DNA of 64,000 nt from the human T2T-CHM13v2.0 reference genome, Homo sapiens, in assembly GCF_009914755.1 (NCBI RefSeq), contig NC_060927.1. The stretch is one strand, 5' to 3'. Below, piece by piece: positions 53,980-64,000 of the stretch. The first letter of the stretch is position 1. Every line of letters starts with the position of its first letter. Below the pieces are notes generated by a model that was not told where the DNA came from, did no database searches, and saw nothing but the letters and a program-made list of their open reading frames with translations. The position numbers were made by a program, and so were the translations under genes.

Positions 53980-54200
53980 GAGAGGCTAGAGTGTAGTGGT
54001 TAAAAACATCAACTTGAATCTGGACTGCTTGCATTTAAAGCTCAGTATTGGTACTTACTTGGTTACTTTGATCAGTTTACCTATCCTTTCTTTGCCGCCT
54101 TCTACATGGCTAAAATCAGGTTAATAATATTTACCTCTTAAGATAGTATTGTGAATATTAAATCAGTATATACAAAGTATTTAGAATAAAATCTTGAACC
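53980..54200 (+). mobile_element. MIR remnant
   Basis: Contains GTGTAGTGGTTAAAAAC, TAAAAT..G.TAATAATATTTACCTC..AG...TATTGTGA.TATTAAAT and AAAGTATTTAGAA. Confidence 0.7.
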
Positions 54201-56533
54201 AACAAGTTTTATGTAAATATTACTTACTTTCATAGGCTAGTTTGCTAATTGCTGAAAATCCTTATGGCACAACCATGAGTCTTGAACACACAGAATACCT
54301 TTTTTTTTTTTAACGTTTTAGGCAGTATAGTTAAACCTTAAATTTCTGTTCTTGTTTGATAGCTAAAGTTTCAGTCAGAATAAATTTAGTGTTGGGCTTG
54401 TGAATATAATATTAAATCTGAAGTATGTTGTCAACATATAGTATTGCAGGGTTGATGTCTAGAAATGCTATATTAGATGCTCATAATGTTTTCTGTATCT
54501 TTTTCTTCCCAATGTCTACTTGTCCTTTAGCAAAGTATGAACGTTGTCATGAATCTTTTCTCTCTGTCCACAGATTCTGTGTGCTCCTCTGGGCCACAGT
54601 AGTTACTTCTTTAAGCACAGAAAGGAAACTTAGGGCTTTGCCAGTTTTAGTATTAGTTCTCTATGTTTTTCATCCGGGCAGCTATGGAGAGGGTTGCTTT
54701 CCACACACCTGGGTACTCCATTGATATGTTCTGTAGAGGTAATCAACACACTAGAGAGTACACCTGTTTGTTCCATGGCTAACCCTTTCTGATTGTAGAC
54801 ATGCATTTGAGTGTTTGCAGTGGATATTTGGTGCTAACAGGTGTCTTAGTTCCTTCTGTTATTCTGTAATGTTTCCCAAGAATATTCAGAGCTGTTTATA
54901 AAATGCAGAGTGATTTATGTATTAGGTGTTCAATGAGTTTGATCAAGAAGATTCACTTGAAAGGAATTAACTAACAAAGCAGTTTCCATTGTTAATAGGA
55001 TATGCATGCTGTTTCTCTAAAGTACTTTTATTTCTTCAAAGAGTTATTAAGCAGAGGAGACTGATTTTGTGGTAAGTTTGGAGGGGTTAGTTTTAATCCA
55101 CGTTGGTCAAAACTAAAAGTAGATTAGAAAATCTATTTCTCATCCTACAGTAGTGCTGAGGTTTCTAGTAGATTGTTTTTCTTCTTCCTAGTCATTTTCT
55201 GAAACTCAAAACAAGAATCAACCTATACCATTGTAATGTTTCATAGTTAACTTGGAGTATTTAACAAGTCTAAAATCAAAGTTTATTGTTATTAGTAAAA
55301 CATTTTGAAGCCATTCATTTCATGTGACAAGGAATCTTATTTCACCAAATGTGGTATGTTTTTAAACTTATACTTTCTATTGTTCTAGTTTTGTTGATCT
55401 TTGATATTGATGCAGTGATATCAGTTTCCTATTGTTATATATACTTTGTGGTCAAAATTATCATAGGGTTTTGTGTTTTTCTTTGCCTGAGTTTTGCTTC
55501 TCATCTGAACATCACATCTTTTTCTTGCGGTTCCATTTACACAGTGTGATTCCTAGAGATGAGCTTCTTTATCCTCTGAGGCAGTGGAGGAAGCATGGAA
55601 GCCACTTGGGGAGCACTGCATTGACAAGTGTATTTTTGTAGTCACATGGTGGCAGTGTCAGGGAAATTATAGGACTGGTTAGATTCTAGTTCAGCAACCT
55701 ATAAATCCCAGGACTTCCCAGTCTCGTGAGTCATACAACTCTCAGGCCTGTGCTGCAAATGACACTTGCTTAGGAGTAAGGTGAAGGGTATTTTATAGCT
55801 CTAATGGTTTGTACAGTTCTTAAACATGTATTGATTGCTAACAACTGCTGTCTTTCTCCCAGCTTGCCCCACCACCAGTCTTTGTGCATAAGCACAATTT
55901 TGGACATAGTTATTTGTACTTATTTATGCTTTTACACCTTCTTCCTTTTATAAAGATTTTAGCTGGTTTATGACTTGAGTTGAAACAAGGAAAAAAAGAG
56001 GAGACCTGAAATGGTCTGTCCCCTGCCAACCAGAAGCCTCCTGTGGTATCCAAACAGAATAGTTGCCTCAGTCTGTCAGCACTTCTGTCTTTGAAGGTGG
56101 TTTCTGCTTGAAAAGTGGTGACTATTAGCATAGCCTGGGGATAATTGCTTTTTTTTCTTCTCTCGGGATACCTTTTTTTTTTTTTTTTTCCAGATACTTT
56201 CTTGCTCTTGTCGACTTTGTTTTTCCAGAAGATTTAGCCTGTGGTTAAAATGTTTCGGGTCCCCACGTGAACTCTCTGTGGGATTACCCAATTCTGGGGT
56301 ACCTTCACCAGATCACCAGTGCTAAAGAGGGCAAAGGATCTTCTTGGTTAATAGAAAAGGCTGTTTTGGAATGAATCTCAAAGTCCAGAAACATCGAGAC
56401 TTTTCTTCAATACTTTTTTCTATTTGGGGTAGCAACTTTACCTAGTGTAGGGGAGGGAGGGGTTAGTTGGGAGGGCTTGTGTTTAAGGGGTTCAGAAACA
56501 GGGGATTTAAGTGTGTCTTTTGTGTTTGCAAGG

Positions 56534-56540
56534 CACTAAC
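56534..56540 (+). promoter_or_regulatory. Branch point sequence CACTAAC for exon 6 (putative branch A at 56539)
   Basis: Near-perfect match to the YNYTRAY/TACTAAC consensus, 36 nt upstream of the exon, with no AG between it and the acceptor. Confidence 0.8.
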
Positions 56541-56574
56541 ACCACTCCCGTCTGTATTTAAATGCTGTCCCCAG

Positions 56575-56648
56575 GTTACGACTATGGCTATGTCTGCGTG
56601 GAGTTTTCACTCTTGGAAGATGCCATCGGATGCATGGAGGCCAACCAG
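56575..56648 (+). CDS. RBM6: RBM6 exon 6 (74 nt, phase 1-0): GYDYGYVCVEFSLLEDAIGCMEANQ, RNP1 region of RRM1
   Basis: Acceptor gctgtccccAG ends at 56574; weak donor CAG|GTTGCT at 56649. In frame after exon 5. The peptide is homologous to the RBM5/RBM10 GFAFVEF...WMEANQ segment. Confidence 0.93.
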
Positions 56649-57572
56649 GTTGCTTTATACTTCGGTCAAATGATGCTGGAAGGATATATTTTTTTATATA
56701 TGGGGAGGGAGGGTTTCAAATGATTTTACTTTGGAAAGGTACAAGAAGTCTATCTGTGGAGCATACTGTATTCCAACCATCGGTTGTGAGGAAAATCTTT
56801 AAAAAGGCTGGAAAGCTTTCTCTAGAAAACTTAATGGGCACAGAGTGCATTTTAAAAGCTAGAGCCCAGTTGCTTTTGGACTAGATTCCAAAGACAATAG
56901 TTGGAAAAAAAAAAAAAGACACATCTGGAGTGTTTCCTTTTGGAGTGTGACTGAGATGGTAATCCTGATGCAAAGAATGATCCTTGATTGTCTGTGACCC
57001 CAAGGATCTGCCTAGCACAGAAATTCTAGGTCAATAGTTACACCCAGACCTAGGGTGAAGACCTCTGATGGTGACTTCTGTGGCATCAGATCCTGCCTGC
57101 AGGGGCTACTTCCAAAAGAGAGCTATCAGGGAAGAGAGAGGAGTGGATTGTTGGTGTCTATTGCATTCATCATTGTTTTTTGCCAATTGGAGTTGCATAC
57201 TCAAGTCCTTGGCTGCGTATAGTCAGAGCTGGTGAATCAGAATCTGTACTCACCTTACGTTTGAACTATCTGGAGTTACTCAGCTTGCCACCTAGATTTT
57301 TCATCTATGTCTTTAATAGAACCCTACCTGGTAGTTTTGAGAGGAATTAATAAATAGGTAGAATCCTTCTTGTTATGGTGCTTCCTTGGGGAAAGTTGTT
57401 TTCTTTGGGTTGTTTCAGTTCCTCCATCTGTAAAGTAGGAAAAGAAACTTAGGAATATAGTTTGATGTGTTTTTTTTTTCTTTTTTTTTTTTTTAATGTA
57501 CCCACTGCCTATACTTAACAGTGTGAATACAGTGGGCCCAGAATCTTTCTTTCTTTCTTTTTTTTTTTTTGA

Positions 57573-57677
<105 letters not shown>

Positions 57678-58205
57678 TGAGTAGCTGGGATTACAGGCAT
57701 GCGCCACCACGCCGGCTAATTTTGTATTTTTAGTAGAGATGGGGTTTCTCCATGTTGGTCAGGCTGCTCTCGAACTCCAGACCTCAGGTGATCTGCCTGC
57801 CTCGGCCTCCCAAAGTCCTGGGATTACAGGCATGAGCCACCGTGCCCAGCCAGGCCCAGAATCTTAAAAGAAGGCTCTGCCAGAGAAGAGTAGTTATTAG
57901 ATGAGAACTCTTCTTCTTCTGTAGCCTGATGCTTTGTTCAGCTTTGTTTAACTCAGTGTGGCTCATTATACGTACTTTTCTCTTCTTGGCCAAGTTCTCC
58001 TCTTATGGGTATGGAGATGACATGCTCTAAATGCTTTGGGAGCAAGCACTCATTAGAGAAGACTTTTGATGTATCCTTATCTTGTTAGTAGTTTAAGCTT
58101 GTCAGATCCTTAAAGAATGACAGGCTTAGGACCATATCCCCTAGACTTAAGAGGATTCTCATTGACCATTTGTTCAGTGTCCATCACTGAATCACTTACC
58201 AAATA

Positions 58206-58795
58206 CAGTTGACACTCTGTATCCACAGGTTCCACACCCATAGATTCAACCAAATGCTGATTGGACATATTCAGGAAAAAAATGCATTAACACTGCAACA
58301 ATAAAAAATAATACAGGCCAGGAGTGGTGGCTTACTCTGTAATCCCAACATTTTGGGAGGCCCAGGTGGGAGGATTGCTTGAGGCCAGGAGTTTGAGACC
58401 AGCCTGGGCAACACAGGGAGACCCCATCTCTACAAAAAATAAAAGTGAAAAAATTAGCCAAGTGTGGTGGCTATCAACTTGGGAGGCTAAGATGAGAGGA
58501 TTACTTGAGTCTGGATTGAGACTGCAGTGAGCTGTGATCACTCTGCTGCACTCTAGCCTGGGGTGACAGAGTGAGACCCCGTCTCAAAAAACAAAAAAGT
58601 ACAGTTAACTATTTATATAGTCTTTATTAGGTATTAGATATAAGTAATCTAGAGATGGTTTAAAGTATGTTGGAGGATGTGTGTAGGTTGTATGCAAATA
58701 CCATGTGATTTTATATAAGGGACTTGAGCATCCTGAGATTTTTGTGTCCTTGTGGGTCCTGGAACCAATCCCCTGTGGACACCAAGGGACAACTG
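58206..58795 (+). mobile_element. MER2-type TcMar-Tigger DNA transposon interrupted by an Alu (~58316-58598)
   Basis: TA TSDs; terminal inverted repeats CAGTTGACACTCTGTATCC / GGACACCAAGGGACAACTG; internal TATAAGTAATCTAGAGATG and ATATAAGGGACTTGAGCATCC. Confidence 0.85.
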
Positions 58796-59230
58796 TACTA
58801 ACCATGTGTCAGAAACTGCTACATGCCAATTTTGGAGAGAAGAAAAAAGCTTCCAATCTGTGTGCTTTCGGTGGATCCTATTCTGACAGTCTGTCCAATT
58901 TTGAGAACACTCATTAATTCATAAGCAGTGAATGTGATTAAGTCGTTCGCCTCTGTGCTAAATACTCAATGTAATAGCTGATAGCTGAGTGCTATAAAGA
59001 AAATGAAGCAGGGTATTGGGAGAATGCATCATGGTGGCAATTTTAGAGGGGTGGTCAGGGAAACTTCTTGAGGAGTGACATACATTTAAGTTGTGACTCT
59101 TGGCGAATAATGTATCCAGAACACTTACTATAGTACCTAGCACTTGGTAGCATTTGAATTAATTTGAAATTCAATGTCCTTCTTTCTCTCTCTTACCCTC
59201 CTCCACATGTCAAGTAATTTCCAATTATAA

Positions 59231-59851
<621 letters not shown>

Positions 59852-59923
59852 TAAATTTATTTTTATATCTGAAGTTTAATAAAACTAATTCTTAAAGGAA
59901 ATGGATGTGGATTAAACTCCTTA

Positions 59924-60465
<542 letters not shown>

Positions 60466-61375
60466 GTCTTTGTCTATCCTTTCCCCCAGTTTTACTTACA
60501 GACCAAATTGGTATGGATTCTGAGTCACCACGATCTGCTTGGCAACTCTTAGTAGAGCCTGAGTGTGTGTGTGCCTCTGAGAAGGTTACTCCGAAGTACT
60601 TTGAGTTTTTTTGTAACTCTTTGCTATTCCGACTCTTGATGTGAAATGTCTTTTATTTATCATTGGCTGGTACTTGTAGGCCTAGGGGATGGAAATAAAG
60701 GAATTTTCTGCTAGCTTGCTTTGTCAAATATTGTTGGGTATGTGTGCCTTCGTGAAGTTGCTCAAGATGATAACCAAGGTCCCTCTAGCCTTTTCCTGGT
60801 GCCTAGATCAAGCTGTTAAACAGTAGGATGCTCTGCAGCAGTACTGAGCTTTGTGGCTGTGGTGACCGATCAGGGTATCACTTAGGCAGCAGCTGTCTAT
60901 CTGGAGAAATAATTTCCAACAGGTATGAAGGTATGAATCTGTTAGTCTGTACCATCACCATTTCTGTCTAGGAGAAGGGGGCAGCCAGCAAGCACTGTCA
61001 GGCAGAGCCTTTCGTTCCACCCTTCCTGCAAAGTGTATTTCTAGCCCTGTCATATGCCCTTGGCTTTCTTTGTTGTCAAGTCTCTGGGAGATTGAGGGTA
61101 CATATTATTTCCTTCTGCTTTGTGTGCCCTTGCACTGGGACTTGGGGAGGGGAGTAAGAAGTATTGTGTTAAAATGTTAATCCCTTTCATTGGTTGCCCA
61201 GTTGTGAGTACTAGCCCTCTCAGACTGTTGGCATTTGGTATGCAGGGATTAGCATTTTATGTTCTCAAGTATGCTGGTGTGATGCTTATTGTCTATTATT
61301 TGGCCAAATTAGTCACTAAAGTGCCCTTATAGAAGATAACTCTGGGAGAGGTATTTATTTCTCTGAAATTTTTAT

Positions 61376-61461
61376 TCTCCTTTCCCCTTTCCTTTCCTTT
61401 CCTTTTTCTTTTTCTTTTTTTCTTTCCTTTTTCTCCCCTCCCCCCCCTCCCCTCTCCTCTT
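61376..61461 (+). repeat. Polypyrimidine (CTTTC/CTCCC) tract
   Basis: Read directly from the sequence. Confidence 0.85.
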
Positions 61462-62464
61462 ATTGGAGACAAGGTCTCCCTCTGTCACCTACGCTGGAGT
61501 GTAGTGGTACAATCATGGCTCACTGCGGCCTCGATCTCTTGTGCCGAAGTGATCCTCCCAACTCAGTTCTCTTTAGTAGCTGGAACTACCACCACCACAG
61601 CTGGCTATTTTTTTTTTTTTTTTTTTGTAGAGGCAGGGTTTTGCAACATTCCCCAGGCTGGTCTTGAACTCCTGGACTCAAGCAATTTACCTATCTCGGC
61701 CTCCCAAAGCACTGGGATTCCAGGTGTGAGCCACTATGCCTGGCCTATTTTTAAATTTTTATTTTTTTGAGACTTAGGGTTCTGTTCTGTTGCTCAGGCT
61801 GGAGTACAGTGGTACGATGAGAGCTCATTGCAGCTTTGAACTCCTGGGCTTAAGCAATCCTCTCACCTCAGCCTTCTGAGTAGCTGGACTACAGGCACCT
61901 GCCACCATGTTCGGCTAATTAAAAAAATAACAAACTCTGTTCGTAAAGATGGGGTCTTGCTGTGTTGCTCAGGCTGCTCTTGAACTCCTTGCCTCAAGTG
62001 AGCCTCCCACCTGGACCTGCCAAATTGCTGGGATTATAAGCATGAGCCACTGCGCCCAGCCTTACTCACCTTTTTGTATGACACTATCAGTCTTTCTAAA
62101 GTGCAAAGAAAAAGGGTTCTGTTATCATCTGATGTGAAAATTCCTTTAAACATTGACTTTTTCTGGTGTGAGGAATGAAAGCTGTGGAATACGTGAAGTT
62201 TTATGAAATAGTGTTTTTTTGTGTGTGTGTCAACAAAATTAAGAGAGTTTGGGTTATTGAAGATACAAGAGTGTTTTTGAAGGTATATATAGGAAACCAA
62301 ATCTCAAATGTGGTCTGTCCTTGTGATTAAAATTAGAGCAATAGGGAAGCCAGGTGTGATGGCTCACACCTGTAATTCCAGCACTTTTGCAGGCTGTGAC
62401 AGGAGGATCACTTGAGCCCAGGAGTTGAGTCCAGCCTGGGTAACATAGCAAGACCTCATCTCTA

Positions 62465-62626
<162 letters not shown>

Positions 62627-63329
62627 TCAAAAAAAAAAAAAAAAGCAACAGAGAAAGCTTATGTTTTTAGTGATGAGAATGCTATTTGTGAGGCCATGAT
62701 GGAAAAAATTGAAGAACCTAGTTTGTTGGAAACTTAAATTGGTAGTAAAGACATAATACTATCTGAAACACTTTAGTACTTAAATTGTGTGCATTCCAAG
62801 CAACAAAACCAATAATCTGTAGGTTGAAGGTTGTAGTGTTACCTAAACAACTATCACCCCAAAAACACTTCATTGAGGAGTATCCAGCATCCTAGCCAGA
62901 GCTCAACTGTATAACTTATGGCTGGAATCATGCCATTCTTGCTGGAAACTTCAATTTCAGTACTTTTTCCTTATCACCCTCAGAAGGGTAGTAGTAGAAA
63001 CATGGGGAACTGCATTCTAAAATGAGTGTATAGGTTCATAACCTAGCTAGAAAAAAAAATTAAAACAATTAATGAGTACAAACCAAGGGTTATTGAAGAG
63101 TCTCGCTCTCAAGAGAGTTGGGGTATTCAAGAAAATTGAAAGTGAGTTTAAGGATCGATGACTTGATTACACATTTTGGCTATTTATCCACTGATTGAGA
63201 CTTTTTTTTTTGAGATGGAGTCTCACTGGTTCGCCCAGGCTGTAGCGCAGGGGTGCGATTTATCCACTGATTGAGACTTTTTTTTTTTTTTTTTTCAGAT
63301 GGAGTCTCGCTGTGTCGCCCAGGCTGTAG

Positions 63330-63575
<246 letters not shown>

Positions 63576-63589
63576 TGAGACTCGACTGG

Positions 63590-63775
63590 ACATGAAGCAG
63601 TATAATGTAGCAGTATAACATAGTATTCTGGAAGCAGACTACCGGGGGTTGCATTTCGGCTCCATCACTTTCTAAGGTGTACTTGAACAAGTGGCTTAAC
63701 CTCTCTGTGTTTTAACGTACTCTCACACACATCTAGGGATTAAATAAGTTAATGCATGTAAGGTGATTAGAACTG
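63590..63775 (+). mobile_element. MIR remnant
   Basis: Contains GGCTCCATCACTT, CTTGAACAAGTGGCTTAACCTCTCTGTG and GGATTAAAT.AGTTAATGCATGTAA. Confidence 0.7.
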
Positions 63776-64000
63776 GGGCTGGTGGCCGGGTGCGGTGGCT
63801 CATGCCTGTAATCCTAGCAAGTTGGGAGGCCAAGACGGGCGGATCACGAGGTCAGGAGATGGAGACCATCCTGGCTAACATGGTGAAACCCCGTCTCTAC
63901 TAAAAATACAAAAAAATTAGCTGGGCGTGGTGGCGGGCGCCTGTAGTCCCAGCTACTTGGGAGGCTGAGGCAGGAGAATGGCGTGAACTGGGAGGCGGAG

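Noticed and set aside
56467-56884. ORFs 56467..56673 and 56630..56884 overlapping exon 6
   Set aside because: Both are in different frames from the RBM6 RRM peptide and run through intron sequence.
58071-58078. GTATCCTT, a U12-type 5' splice site motif
   Set aside because: About one such 8-mer is expected per 64 kb by chance, and I found no supported exon or U12 branch partner in the window.

Overview
This is human (primate) genomic DNA from inside the RBM6 gene (RNA-binding motif protein 6, 3p21.3 from memory), on the + strand. It covers most of intron 1, exons 2-6 and the start of intron 6; exon 1, the promoter and exons 7 onward lie outside the window. Exons 19718-19827 (ATG at 19784), 24612-25890, 29220-29309, 32472-32541 and 56575-56648 splice into one open frame of 519 codons (MWGDSRPANRTGPFR...GCMEANQ). 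That frame contains 20 DFRGRD-type decamer repeats and most of RRM1. The rest is very Alu-dense (on the order of 100 copies by eye) over fragmented L1M, L2, MIR, MLT1A, MER21, MER58A, MER5A, MER2 and Tigger3 elements. Nearly all ORFs in the supplied track are Alu or L1 read-through artefacts. I see no novel gene and no prokaryotic-type system. The strongest signal is the splicing architecture around the 74-nt, frame-shifting exon 6, which sits in a ~4.8-kb Alu-free island. It has a very weak donor, a CACTAAC branch site, identical G-tract motifs on both sides and several upstream stop-introducing decoy acceptors, which suggests an AS-NMD switch paralogous to that of RBM5/RBM10.
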